Shown: positions 11,533 through 24,800 of the stretch, piece after piece | Layout: each line of letters starts with the position of its first letter | Numbering within the stretch: position 1 is the first letter of the stretch | DNA from: Eledone cirrhosa | Taxonomy: Eukaryota | Reading direction: 5' to 3' | Assembly (NCBI GenBank): GCA_964016885.1 | Contig: OZ024745.1 | Coordinates: forward strand, 98,580,001-98,644,000 | DNA: 64,000 nucleotides | Made by a program: the position numbers and the translations under genes | Notes under the pieces: model-generated | The model's database searches: none | Told to the model about the DNA's origin: nothing | What the model saw: only the letters and a program-made list of their open reading frames with translations

Positions 11533-11747
11533 CCCTTTAGCATTTACATTACTCTATATATATATATACTATTATATGTTTGCGGTAAAGGCTTTATCTC
11601 ACATAATATCTTACATAATATCGAATCTATGAGATTTATATTGAGAACAATACCATACCATCAGTATGAGTGGCTAGTTATGGTCATTTTGAACAGAAAG
11701 AGTTGAGAGAATTCTGGCCAGATACAGCAGGTTTAAATGCTAAAGGG
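11533..11747 (+). mobile_element. piggyBac-type MITE copy 1
   Basis: TTAA|CCCTTTAGCATTTA ... TAAATGCTAAAGGG|TTAA: TTAA TSD and CCC/GGG TIR. Confidence 0.9.
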
Positions 11748-12989
11748 TTAAAGCCACAGACAGTCTCTTAAATTAGCAATAAACTAAAAAGGTAAGTTCC
11801 TAGGTAGTGTTTCTTAAATCCCAACCATGATAAGTGCAGAACTATGAGCAGCGATATTACAATTGTGAATCGGTTTATTTTCTTTACATATTGTCCAGGC
11901 ATGCAGTTTTTCCATGATTAGGTCTGTTGGCAGCCCGTGTTCCAAAATACCTTATCTCATGCCACACCGGGTACCACTGCTAGTAATAAATATATTTCTT
12001 ATCCAAATACTTCTAGTTTTAACTAAGTAGTTTTTGTCTCCATTTAATTTTTTTATTTTTTACTGTTTTATTTATTTGTTTGTTTTATCTTTTCTTTTTA
12101 TCATACTTTTCTCAATCTTATATCTTTCTGTATAGTATAAAGGTTATAAAAACATAGTCTCAATCATTGTAAATCTATTATCAATAAAACAAAGATTATT
12201 TTCAATTTCATTGTGTTAACAAAAACAAAACCACTGTGAATAGAATGAAACAAATGAAAATTAATTAAAAAACAAAGAAAAACTTTGTAGAAAATCTATC
12301 TTACCAGTAGCTGGAGAGAAAATTTGCAATGTAAGGAGCATGTAACATATGCACAAACTAACATGTGTGCTACATGCCACAGCTATAAATATGTTAACAA
12401 CAATCACATAAAAAATGGGTCACATACAGAATAGTTGTCATATTATATAACCCATACTTTAGATGTTGGGGACGGTGGTTCAGTAGAGCTTCTGGTTGGC
12501 TAGCTGGAACATCCTATTCAAGTATTCTGATTCGTAATAGAGGACTCTCCTATTCAGAACAATGTATGTATGAGCTTCGAGTTGTTAAATCGACAATGAC
12601 CTACTCACTGAATTATCAGGCAAAGTGGCTGAATATTCCAAAGGCGTATGTACCCATAACATAATTCTCAAATGTAATCAATGTGACATGGAGTACCCTT
12701 GAATTACATGAAAGACTTTCAAACACTTCCGTCAACCCAATTCCATTCAGAGGCTGTGGTAAAAGACATTTGTCTAAGATGCCATGCAGTGGCAATGAAC
12801 TCAAGACATCATGATTGTGAAACAAACTGCTTAACTATTGAGCCATGCCTGTGTCCCATACTCAGAGTACACTAATAATAATTAGCACTTTTAACATTAA
12901 CTCGAGCCTTCATTGTTATTCCTGAGTACACTGTTAAATATTAGATCAATTGTATAAATTAATATTTTATTATAGGTGAGTAAAGGATA

Positions 12990-13200
12990 GTGGATTAGTA
13001 GAATTGGTAAAGTGTCAGATAAAATGCCATTGTGGTATCTGTTCTGACTCTTCACATTCTGATTTAAAAACCTGCCAAGGTCAACTTTGCCTTTCAGATT
13101 TCCAAGGTCAATACAATAAGGTACCAGTCAAGTACTGAGGTTGATATAATATGCTTTCCCCTCCCCACAAACTGTTGGCCTTGTGCCTAAATTAGAATAT
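12990..13200 (+). mobile_element. tRNA-derived SINE with Meta-like central domain (other copies ~6240-6347, ~10325-10432, ~20200-20320, ~21285-21505, ~21515-21697, ~60100-60310, ~61320-61520)
   Basis: Shared GAGTTCAAAT...GGTCAACTTTGCCTTTCATCC....GGTCGATAAAAT.AAGTACCAGT...GGCCTTGTGCC consensus. Confidence 0.75.
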
Positions 13201-13379
13201 TCATCTCTATAATTAATCTTATTTTTTTAATACCAGTATACATTGTTCATATATAATCTTATTCATCTTCATCATCATCATCATCATCATCATCATTTAA
13301 CATTCAATTTCCCTAACAACAATGGCTCAAATATTAAATACATATAAAAGAAACTATAGACTTACATTATCACATCCTC

Positions 13380-13600
13380 ACTAGCTACATGGAAAATCGC
13401 AGTTAAAACTCTCCTTAAAACTCCTCTTAGTGATTAGACCTTACTCACGTGAAGAATAAAGCATGAAAAAGACTAGGATTCCCTTTCAGAATCAGAAAAT
13501 ACTTCAGCTAGAGGCAGAACTAGGCACTACACTTGAGTATTGCTCCCATATCTTGAATGGTATACTCATCAACATAGAATATATCCAAAATAAAAACTGG
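13380..13600 (+). mobile_element. Highly decayed CR1/L2/Jockey-group LINE fragment
   Basis: LEYCSHI motif (CTTGAGTATTGCTCCCATATC) typical of the post-RT region. Confidence 0.35.
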
Positions 13601-14429
13601 CCAGGTTAAGTTCATACTCAACAATACTCAATTATTCTAAAATTAATGTGAAGCTAATATCCTCTTTTGACTCTTCTGGAAAAAGCTTCTGTTCTTTGAA
13701 AAGAGCCTCTACAAGGTCACTTGACCTGCTAGAAATAGTAGCCAAATTTGCCTCAAATCACACCTGTCATATGAGAACATGAAACATTAGATAATGCAGT
13801 CATACACACCCTTAAGAAAAGGGGATGGTTATAAATCTACACCAGCAGATATAACATGAGGCTAAACAACAATAATGTATTTGGTTACAAGAACTTCAAA
13901 AATATCTTCTGATAAAATTTCATTGAACTACACATAACTACAAAGACACTCTAATAAAAAGAAACTCTGACGGAAAGATAAATTTCAACTCAAAACAAAA
14001 CCCAAACAGAATAACATGAGGCTCGTCTTTCTGTGCAACAAGAATGTAATATGCAAAAATGTGACAAAATTCTTAGCATTCATCAAGAAATATTTTCAAG
14101 CTAATTAAAATTACATAAGTTCATTAACTCTTAACATCATGTAATGATTTAGTAGAAAAATATCTAAAGACAGCTTTGTGAATTACAAAACATGTATAGT
14201 ATATTTACTATTGGTTAAATCATGAAAATTTGCTGTAAATTAAATTAAAGACTTTCATTTTTAATGTAATACAGACATAATATTGTTTTGTACTTATAAA
14301 GAATGTCTTGCAAATAATGCTGCTTCATGTGGTACAGGACGTTAACAGTAAATATAAACAAAGTGAATATAATGTATTTCACAATGAAGATTCTCCAACT
14401 ATTGTAACATTTTGCTAATGTCTTTTGTG

Positions 14430-14616
14430 GTTATGAAAATACCGCGGCGGTATTGTGGCTGTGCCCTGTAGACAAGACTGCAAAAGCATTCCCGCAGACA
14501 ATGGCCAGCAATACTCGCTGCAACAGCCAGCCCACCTCACGGGGCTCCCTCATCAGACGAGCTGCTGACACTCCAATCTTGAAGAGGAGGTCGGCAGTAC
14601 AGGGTCCAAGTACACC
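14430..14616 (-). mobile_element. CRE-clade retrotransposon 3' fragment (divergent subfamily)
   Basis: Minus translation GVLGPCTADLLFKIGVSAARLMREPREVGWLLQRVLLAIVCGNAFAVLSTG, homologous to C-terminus at 31965-32351. Confidence 0.85.
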
Positions 14617-15158
14617 TATTAACTACTAAAGCCAGGTTAGAACACAAATGTACCTTCAACAATACAAAAACCTGCTCTTCAAAAGTATTTTTGAGAAAAT
14701 ATTTCATTTAAAAAAAAAACTATCGCAAGAGTTGAATATTTCACAATATATTACTGAACATACTAAAGTTCAATACAAAATATATGATGCATTATAAATG
14801 CCAAAAGCAGTCATGAGAGGGGCGGGGGGGAGGGGGGAGTGAGAGAGAGAGAGTGAGAGAGTGAGAGAGAGAGAGTGAGAGAGTGAGAGAGAGTGAGAGA
14901 GAGAGAGAGTATGCTTGTGTGTATGTGACATTAGCTGGCAGTACATAGATATGGGTGTGTTCGATTAGTATAGCTTAAACAACTGTAATAGAATCCATTA
15001 AAAAAATCACGTTTTCTTGGAAATAGGTGTGAGCACACACGTGAATGAAAGCATTGGGGGCAGGGCTGTAAATGGCTTCTTTTTTTTGTATTGTTTGTGT
15101 TTATGTTTATTACACATGATCTACCCATGATATTTTTTTTAATACATTTTATTAATAA

Positions 15159-16053
15159 CTAGCATTAAAGCCCGGCGTTGCTCGGGGTCATTAAGTTACC
15201 AAAGTTAGGTTGAACCACCCATTTTATGGCAGCACTTTTTTGTCTGCCAGGCACTGGGTGAATGAATTACAGACCTGGAAGCATGAGCTGCGCCAGCAGT
15301 GACAATTGTAGTTTCGCCTATGGATATTATCTCTGTGCAAAAAAGTGTTGAAATTTATTGTTTCACAGTACTTGCGCAACACGCGCGTAGACGATGCCAG
15401 CCGAACAACAGAGCTGCAATGGAGTTGTTCTGCATGGTTGTCTGTGTTTTCTAAATTTAAGACAGTAGGGAGGGTTGTGATATGAGGGAGAGTTAGCTGT
15501 TGTTTCTAGCAGGTTTAGTGACCTCATAGAGGATATGTGTTTTCTAAATTTAAGACAGTAGGGAGTGGTGTGATATGGAGGAGAGTTAGCTGCTGTTTCT
15601 AGCAGGTTTAGTGACTTCATGGAAGATATGTTTTCTAAATTTAAGACAGTAGGGAGGGGTGTGATATGGGGGAGAGCTAGCTGCTGTTTCAAGCAGGTTT
15701 AGTAACCTCATAGAGGATATGTGTTTTCTAAATTTAAGACAGTAGGGAGTGGTGTGAACGGACAGTATCACCATCAAGCTTGGAAAGAGAAAGTAGCAGA
15801 AAGTATGAAGTTGTATAGATTTTAAATGGTAGTAGAAAGAGTTCAGCAGTTTAAATGAGAGAGAAAAATCGTAAAATATTGAGTTTTATCTATTTTTTGC
15901 ATAATTGTGGGTGAAATTGAAAAAATTATCTGCGTCAAGACGCAATCGAAGCTATTTCGAATACTGAATTGTAAATTTCAATTGAAGAAATTCTATATCG
16001 TAGATTTCTATAACGACGGAGCATGACCACACACTGAGCTTTATAGATTATGA
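15159..16053 (-). mobile_element. Non-autonomous Helitron with ~92 bp internal tandem repeat
   Basis: A|CTAG...CCCGGCGTTGCTCGGGG (3' end, reverse complement); TC-type 5' end near 16047-16053; ~3.4 copies of GTGTTTTCTAAATTTAAGACAGTAGGGAG... at 15444-15755. Confidence 0.8.
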
Positions 16054-16065
16054 TTAAAAAATAAA

Positions 16066-16280
16066 GCCTGTAGCAGTGGAGACTTCTAGAGTCCTTGGCC
16101 CTAGAGCGACTTCTCTACTCACCACCATCAGTAGAGAGTTGGTTACCCGCAGGCGTCAGCCTCACGAGCTGGAATGGCTCTTCCATTGCATCGCCCTCAC
16201 CATCCTCCAGGGAAACACCTTTTCTATTGTCCACCGGAGCCGTAGGGCAGCAAGTGTGTGGGCCGCCATTTGCTCATAAT
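16066..16280 (+). mobile_element. CRE-clade retrotransposon 3' fragment
   Basis: VAVETSRVLGPRATSLLTTI..ELEWLFHCIALTILQGNTFSI. Confidence 0.85.
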
Positions 16281-17126
16281 AGTGAGAGATGGGGAGAGTG
16301 GGAAAGACAGTGACAGTGGGAGTTTGGTGTATATATGCATATGTTTCACAGACACACACTTACACTATTAAATAAATATAGCAGTGTTGTATCAGCATTC
16401 TAATAAGTGTTTTAATATTAAAAAGGTATATAGTATTAAATGATATCTTATTTTCCATGCAATATATCTTTATATAAAATCTTGATAGTGGGTACTAGTA
16501 CCAAGTGAATAATATGATTTATGAAGCTGGTTTTAAACTGCATGTTATTGGATATGACAAAGGAATGTGACAATTGTAGAGCTGGCTGTGTGTTTTTAGG
16601 GTCTGAAAAAGTGGTGAAAAAATAAAGACACCTTGAAGAATATGCCAAAAACAAAACAAGTGGAGCAATATGTCATTTCTTCCTATGAAAAGTTACAAAT
16701 GGATTTATATACTTGGATGTGTAAACTACACTGAAATAAATGTATTGAATTTGTACGTTGATTGGAACCAAAGCACTGTAGCTGTCCATGGTTTCAGACT
16801 ACAATATCACACAGAAAGGTTATGTATCAACAAGCTTTTGTACAAGGTTCATGATCAGAAATGGATTGCTATTAAACCAGCAAACTCATATTGCCCCCAA
16901 TATTCCTAAAGGATGTGAATGATAAAGTAGAAGGTTTTCATAAGTTTATGATTAACCTTTTTGTTACCATGTTTCTAATGAAAGACACTTCCTATTATTT
17001 TCAAATAATTTTGAAAATAATCAAGTATTCAGAGGATTTTAATTATATAACTAAGTTTCTCACTATGAAGCTGGTGTTTAGAGCATAATTAGCATTATAA
17101 ACATTTTAAAATAAACAACTTATGTG

Positions 17127-17462
17127 GAGGCACATGGCTTAGTGGTTAGAGCATTGGCCTTGCAATCGAAAGGTTGTGAGTTCAATTCTCAGACCGGGTG
17201 ATGTGTTGTTTCCTTGAGCAAGACACTTTATTTCACGTTGCTCCAGTTTACTCAGCTGTAGAAATGAGATGATAGGGACTGGGATCCCTATCATTCCACT
17301 GTGAAGTGGTTGTAGAGGTGCCACGGCAAAAAAGCACCCAGCACTCACTGTAAATGAGGTTGGTGTTAGGAAGGGCATCCAGCTGTAGAAATCAAGCCAG
17401 AATCAATTCCCGTCCCACCCTTGCAAGCAGGGAAAAGTGGACATAAAATGAAATGATGATGA
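17127..17462 (+). mobile_element. tRNA-derived SINE with CORE-like body and RTE-derived chimeric tail (copy 1)
   Basis: A box TGGCTTAGTGG, B box GAGTTCAATTCTC, CCTTGAGCAAGACACTTTA body, tail identical in pattern to RTE 3' UTRs, ends (GAT)n. Confidence 0.9.
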
Positions 17463-17573
17463 ACTTAATATTGGAGAACCAGTGACAGTTTCAGGTGGCT
17501 CGATATTAAAAGGGTTAGTGAATATAAAATTGTCAGCAAATGGGAATATGGTGAAAACAATATCTTGACAATA

Positions 17574-18002
17574 CAGGTTCACCACCTTTTATCTGAAATT
17601 CCGGAAACCAAAAAGCTCCAAAAAACTGAACATTTCTTTGGTGCCAAACTTAACCCGAAACGATCCAGTCAACCCAGGTCACACAGTTGTGTCTCAGTGC
17701 TCCTACCAGTCAGACGCACATCGCCTCTGCTGTTCACGGAGATTTTGTTTACTTTTTGCTGAGTCCATGTAGCCCCATTAGGGGGACAAGAGAGCGCTAC
17801 CTCCTTCACTGAGTAACTGCCGGGATCGAGGTACAAATTCACGACCTTGCGACCACAAGCCGAGCACTCTACCACTGAGCCACCCTGTCCCCTGTAATGT
17901 TTTATCTAAAAAAAAAAATGTTAATCTATGCTAAAAATCTTCCATTCCGAAATCTGAAAAGTGACTCGTACCAAGGTTTTCAGATAAGAGATTGGGAACC
18001 TG
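17574..18002. mobile_element. Tigger-like MITE containing a tRNA-derived SINE (minus, ~17680-17890)
   Basis: TA|CAGGTTCACCACCTTTTATCTGAAA ... TTTCAGATAAGAGATTGGGAACCTG|TA; internal GGGTGGCTCAGTGGTAGAGTGCTCGGC tRNA head on minus. Confidence 0.75.
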
Positions 18003-18213
18003 TACCACTGCAGACTTTACAGGGCACCATACTGTTAGTGTGAAAGCCACAAGAAACAATATTTTCCAGTAGTTTCAGTTTACACAGCTGATGGAACCAA
18101 GTTTGGCAATTTATAAAAGAAAAAAAATATGCTGATGAATAATTTTCCAAATAGGATGTTAAAAACTTGTCAAAGTACACCGAAAAGATTGATGAAAAGA
18201 AAATATCATTTAA

Positions 18214-18408
18214 CACTTTCACATTTACAATACTCTATATTTACAATTGTATTTACACGGTAAAGGCTTTATCTCACATAATATTGAATATATGAGATTT
18301 TGATATTTATTTTGAGAACAATACCATAACATAATTATGAGCAGCCGGTTTAAACAGAAAGAGGTGAGAGAATTCTGGCTGGATACAGCTGGTTTAAATG
18401 CTAAAGAG
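18214..18408 (+). mobile_element. piggyBac-type MITE copy 2
   Basis: TTAA-flanked, same body as 11533-11747. Confidence 0.85.
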
Positions 18409-18489
18409 TTAACAGGCTCAGATCTCTCCCTGAGCCATCTTTGCTAGAGTGGGATCAATTCCATACACATTTGTGTGATTTAATTCGAT

Positions 18490-19300
18490 AAAAATTTAAA
18501 CACAATGAAACAAAGCAAGTTGTTATCACAGCGGGATTTCTGTCAATTTTACAACCACAGGATGTGTCATTCAATAAGCCTTTTAATATGTATATCAGAA
18601 AGTTGTGCAATACATTGATGCTCTTAGTAAACAACTAACAAAGAAAAGGTTCCTTAACCTTTTCGTGATCATATTTCTAATGTCTATTTCAATTAATTAA
18701 AAAAGAACTTCAACGAATTTACTAAAATTTTTAATTTCTAACATATGGTTCTTATAGAAAATTATGTTGGAAGATTTTAATTTAAATAGGAACACTTTAA
18801 AATGAATCATTGATATCATAAGGGTTAATAGAACCAGGTCTAGATATAGCCTGTGGCAGTGGAGACTTCCAGTGTCTTTGGCCCCTGGACCACATTCCTG
18901 CTCACTGCCATCAGAGCAAAGTTGGCTACCCACAAGGGGAAGTGACTGTTCCAGCACGTCTCCCTTGCTGTCCTCCAGGGCAATGTCTTCTCCATCCTGT
19001 TGACCAGGACCATGGCATGGACTGACCCTTAAGTTTTATTTATGGTGGTGGTATGTGGCCTGTCAGTTTGTGTACCGATAGATTGTTAAATGGATGAATG
19101 ACACTTGAGAAGAGAACATACCAAAAGCCTTTCAGAAAATGTATTTCAAATGAACTAGGTGGGGCTGTTTTTCAAAAACTATTTAAGGAATTCACTAAAG
19201 GCTGTGAACAAGAGGAAGATATGGATAGCTCTATAATATTAACAGATAATGAATTGGATAATTATTATTCTACTGGGTGTACAATAAAAATATGAAAGAG
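18490..19300 (+). pseudogene. pogo-family transposase relic interrupted by a TTAA MITE (~18658-18824) and a CRE fragment (~18848-19025)
   Basis: VITAGFLSILQPQDVSFNKPF (pogo LQPLDVxxNKPFK motif) at ~18520-18585; IVKW...FRKCISNELGG at ~19080-19165. Confidence 0.65.
18848..19025 (+). mobile_element. CRE-clade retrotransposon 3' fragment
   Basis: PVAVETSSVFGPWTTFLLTAI...FQHVSLAVLQGNVFSIL. Confidence 0.8.
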
Positions 19301-20756
19301 AATGACTGTAAATGACATGAGTAAACTATTGTTTGTTTTGTTTTGTTTGTCTTACTTTTCTCTAGTTTTCATTCCTTTATATGTAATTTGCATTTTAATG
19401 CCTTTTCCCAAACAATCATAATCTCATATCATTTATTTTATATTACATAGAAATAAAAAGATAATAAAATCCACTAAGCAAAATAGAGTGAGAAAGAAGA
19501 TAAATTTATTCATTATTCTAGCTCTAAATTTTTAAATGTTCAAGTAATCATAAGGTGAGGTGTAAATAGTACACATCATCAAAATGGTGTTTCACTCCAT
19601 GGTTAGTTAATGGCTTAAATGTAAAATAAGTTAATTTTTCTCCAACTTTGTATTGTTGAATGATTTTTACTGCCTATTTATAGAATAAAATAATGATGTT
19701 TCAAGTAAGCTGTTGTTGATGGACTGCTGCCATATTCGAATCAAGTGCTCCAGTTGTTTCAATCAATGGAACTTCCTGAGTGTGAAATTTGTGTGTAATT
19801 GGCTGAGCACTCCACAAACGTGTGCACTTAGTTCTCAGGGAGATTCAGCTTTACAGAATGTGTAACATGGCTTCCCCCTTCAATTACAGGTACAACTTCA
19901 TTTTTGCCATCTGAACAAACTGAAACAATGTGAATTAAAGTGTTTTGATCAAGAACACAACGTGCCACCCAGTCGGAGAATCAAACTCACGACTTTACAA
20001 CCGTGGGCCCAACACCCTAACCCCTGTGCCACACATGCCATCATAAAGTAGAATGACGTTTCAAATAAACTACACTACTGTAATTGTTTCTGTGGGCAGG
20101 GGGAGCTCAAATTTGTAGTAACTTCGATGAAGCCAGGTGAAATTTTAGTTCACCAATTCTTATCAGTTTATTGTACCAATAGACATTGAATTGGAAGTCA
20201 TTAGAGCCTCAGAATATATGCCTCTCTAGTTGTTCTGGCTGTTTTCACACCGAGTTAAAATTTTGACGTAGTCAACTTTGCCATTCATCCTTTTCGGGTC
20301 AATAAATAACATACCAGTCCATGGACAATGGATTTGCCAAGTTGTTAGTGAGTCAGATGAGATGATTTTCTGTATTTAGACCAGCTCTGTATATTCTGAG
20401 TTCAAAAACTACCCCTTGACATTGGTAAAACAGTAACACTTCTGACAGGAGTTGTGACTGACAGATAGTATCAACAATGGAAACACAGTTTCTTTGGTCA
20501 GACCTAACCATCAGCTCCTTTCTTTTTTGGGGACTAATAAAAAAATTGCACATCTCAGCTATGTATTGGCTATAAAAACAATAATAAACTATAGTTTAAA
20601 TTAGCAACAGTTATATACTGTAATTCAATTAAATAATCTTACATAAAAGATTTAGTAAGTATAATGATACTGACAGTAGTACATTTAGTCGATACATTAA
20701 TATGGTTTAACGATACTGACAGTAGTACATTTATTATATACAACATTATAGTTTAA

Positions 20757-20977
20757 CCCTTTAGCATTTAAACTGGCCATATCCAGCCTGAATTCTCTCA
20801 CCTCTTTCTTTTCAAACTGGTCATATCCGGCCACTCATACCAATGTTATGGTATTGTTCTCAAAATAAATAATATCAAAATCTCGTAGCTTCAATATTAT
20901 GCGAGATAATTATGTGAAGTAAAGCCTTTTCCATAAAATTATAAAAGTAAATATTGAGTAATGTAAATGCTAAAAGG
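20757..20977 (-). mobile_element. piggyBac-type MITE copy 3
   Basis: TTAA|CCCTTTAGCATTTA...TAAATGCTAAAAGG|TTAA, opposite orientation. Confidence 0.9.
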
Positions 20978-21855
20978 TTAACCCATTAAACATCAATGCG
21001 TCTGAAACTGCCTCTATTAGTTAAAGAGTTCAAATCTAAATTTAACCCTTCAACTAAAATAATGACAAACAATATTATATTTCAAGTGGTTAAATATTTG
21101 TTTTTTTATTAAGTTAAAAGTTAGTTATGTCATTAAAGCTCTCATAACTCTTGGTTACTTTAATATTTAAAAAAACAAAGTGACATATTTTTTTTAGAAA
21201 TAGGATCACAAAATGGTTTATTCAACAACAGTTTTACATAGTTGGATATTCTATAATTGCCTTACATTAATATTTTAATTACTAGGGCGGTGGTTAGATA
21301 GAATCATTAGAGCACTGAAAAAATGTTTTGCAGTATTTGTTCCAGCTCTTTACATTTTTAGTTGAAATACCACCAGGGTCAACATTGTCTTTCATCTTTT
21401 TAGGGTCAATAAAATACCAATAAAATACCAGTAAAGTACTGAGGTCAATATAATCAACTTTCTCCTCCCCACAAATTTCTGGTCTTGTGCTAAAAATTAA
21501 AGACCATTATTATGAATTGGCAGTATCGGTAGAGGGTTGGACGCCATGCTTTCCAGCATAGTTACGTCCCTTTACGGTCTGAGTTCAAATCCCGCCGAGT
21601 TTAACTTTGCCTTTCATCCTTACCGGGTCGATAAAATAAAGTACCAGTAATGAACTGGGTAATTGCTGGCCTTGTGCCAAAAGTAGAAACAATTATTATG
21701 TTAATTATTAACAATAGAATTCTTTTGAGATTACAGGGGTCATGTATGCATGTATGCTGGCCTCCAAATAATTTTGATTGGTAATTTCAAGAAGACAACC
21801 AATATCCAATGCTAGACATATTTCACACTGAAACCATTAAAGATATAAAGTGGTA

Positions 21856-24800
21856 GGTCACTATTTTGATGGTGTGGTGGTATGTGGTGAAAATACAAGG
21901 GAGGGAGGGGGGTCACTATTTTGATGGTGTGGTGGTATGTGGTGAAAATACAAGGGAGGAAGGGAGGTCACTACTTTGATGGTGTGGTGGTATGTGGTGA
22001 AAATACAAGGGAGGAAGGGGGGTCACTACTTTGATGGTGTGGTGGTATGTGGTGAAAATACAAGGGAGGAAGGGGGGTCACTACTTTGATGGTGTGGTGG
22101 TATGTGGTGAAAATACATGGGGGAGGTCACTACTTTGATGGTGTGGTGGTATGTGGTGAAAATACAAGGGAGGGAGGGGGTCACTACTTTGATGGTGTGG
22201 TGGTATGTGGTGAAAATACAAGGGAGGGAGGGGGTCACTACTTTGATGGTGTGGTGGTATGTGGTGAAAATACAAAGGAGGAAGGGGGGGTCACTATTTT
22301 GATGGTGTGGTGGTATGTGGTGAAAATACAAGGGAGGAAGGGGGGTCACTACTTTGATGGTGTGGTGGTATGTGGTGAAAATACAAGGGAGGGAGGGGGT
22401 CACTACTTTGATGGTGTGGTGGTATGTGGTGAAAATACAAGGGAGGAAGGGGGTCACTATTTTGATGGTGTGGTGGTATGTGGTGAAAATACAAGGGAGG
22501 AAGGGGGGTCACTACTTTGATGGTGTGGTGGTATGTGGTGAAAATACATGGGGGAGGTCACTACTTTGATGGTGTGGTGGTATGTGGTGAAAATACAAGG
22601 GAGGGAGGGGGTCACTACTTTGATGGTGTGGTGGTATGTGGTGAAAATACAAGGGAGGGAGGGGGTCACTACTTTGATGGTGTGGTGGTATGTGGTGAAT
22701 ACAAAGGAGGAAGGGGGGTCACTATTTTGATGGTGTGGTGGTATGTGGTGAAAATACAAGGGAGGAAGGGGGGGTCACTACTTTGATGGTGTGGTGGTAT
22801 GTGGTGAAAATACAAGGGAGGGAGGGGGTCACTACTTTGATGGTGTGGTGGTATGTGGTGAAAATACAAAGGAGGAAGGGGGGTCACTATTTTGATGGTG
22901 TGGTGGTATGTGGTGAAAATACAAGGGAGGAAGGGGGGTCACTACTTTGATGGTGTGGTGGTATGTGGTGAAAATACAAGGGAGGGAGGGGGGTCACTAC
23001 TTTGATGGTGTGGTGGTATGTGGTGAAAATACAAGGGAGGAAGGGGGGTCACTATTTTGATGGTGTGGTGGTATGTGGTGAAAATACAAGGGAGGAAGGG
23101 GGGTCACTACTTTGATGGTGTGGTGGTATGTGGTGAAAATACAAGGGAGGAAGGGGGGTCACTATTTTGATGGTGTGGTGGTATGTGGTGAAAATACAAG
23201 GGAGGGAAGGGGGTCACTACTTTGATGGTGTGGTGGTATGTGGTGAAAATACAAGGGAGGAAGGGGGGTCACTACTTTGATGGTGTGGTGGTATGTGGTG
23301 AAAATACAAGGGAGGGAGGGGGGTCACTACTTTGATGGTGTGGTGGTATGTGGTGAAAATACATGGGGGAGGTCACTACTTTGATGGTGTGGTGGTATGT
23401 GGTGAAAATACAAGGGAGGGAGGGGGGTCACTACTTTGATGGTGTGGTGGTATGTGGTGAAAATACATGGGGGAGGTCACTACTTTGATGGTGTGGTGGT
23501 ATGTGGTGAAAATTCAAGGGAGGGAGGGGGGTCACTACTTTGATGGTGTGGTGGTATGTGGTGAAAATAGAAGGGAGGAAGGGGGCTCACTACTTTGATG
23601 GTGTTGTGGTATGTGGTGAAAATACAAGGGAGGAAGGGGGGTCACTACTTTGATGGTGTGGTGGTATGTGGTGAAAATAGAAGGGAGGAAGGGGGCTCAC
23701 TACTTTGATGGTGTGGTGGTATGTGGTGAAAATACAAGGGAGGAAGGGTGGTCACTATTTTAATGGTGTGGTGGTATGTGGTGAAAATACAAGGGAGGAA
23801 GAGGGGGGTCACTACTTTGATGGTGTGGTGGTATGTGGTGAAAATACAAGGGAGGGAGGTGGGTCACTACTTTGATGGTGTGGTGGTATGTGGTGAAAAT
23901 ACAAGGGAGGAAGGGGGTCACTATTTTGATGGTGTGGTGGTATGTGGTGAAAATACAAGGGAGGAAGGGGGGTCACTACTTTGATGGTGTGGTGGTATGT
24001 GGTGAAAATACATGGGGGAGGTCACTACTTTGATGGTGTGGTGGTATGTGGTGAAAATACAAGGGAGGGAGGGGGTCACTACTTTGATGGTGTGGTGGTA
24101 TGTGGTGAAAATACAAGGGAGGGAGGGGGTCACTACTTTGATGGTGTGGTGGTATGTGGTGAATACAAAGGAGGAAGGGGGGTCACTATTTTGATGGTGT
24201 GGTGGTATGTGGTGAAAATACAAGGGAGGAAGGGGGGGTCACTACTTTGATGGTGTGGTGGTATGTGGTGAAAATACAAGGGAGGGAGGGGGTCACTACT
24301 TTGATGGTGTGGTGGTATGTGGTGAAAATACAAAGGAGGAAGGGGGGTCACTATTTTGATGGTGTGGTGGTATGTGGTGAAAATACAAGGGAGGAAGGGG
24401 GGTCACTACTTTGATGGTGTGGTGGTATGTGGTGAAAATACAAGGGAGGGAGGGGGGTCACTACTTTGATGGTGTGGTGGTATGTGGTGAAAATACAAGG
24501 GAGGAAGGGGGGTCACTACTTTGATGGTGTGGTGGTATGTGGTGAAAATACAAGGGAGGAAGGGGGGTCACTATTTTGATGGTGTGGTGGTATGTGGTGA
24601 AAATACAAGGGAGGGAGGGGGGTCACTACTTTGATGGTGTGGTGGTATGTGGTGAAAATACAAGGGAGGAAGGGGGGTCACTACTTTGATGGTGTGGTGG
24701 TATGTGGTGAAAATACAAGGGAGGGAGGGGGGTCACTACTTTGATGGTGTGGTGGTATGTGGTGAAAATACATGGGGGAGGTCACTACTTTGATGGTGTG

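Noticed and set aside
17127-17200. tRNA genes (also 35697, 53865, 17820-17890)
   Set aside because: A/B boxes present but no complete cloverleaf or acceptor stem; they are SINE heads.
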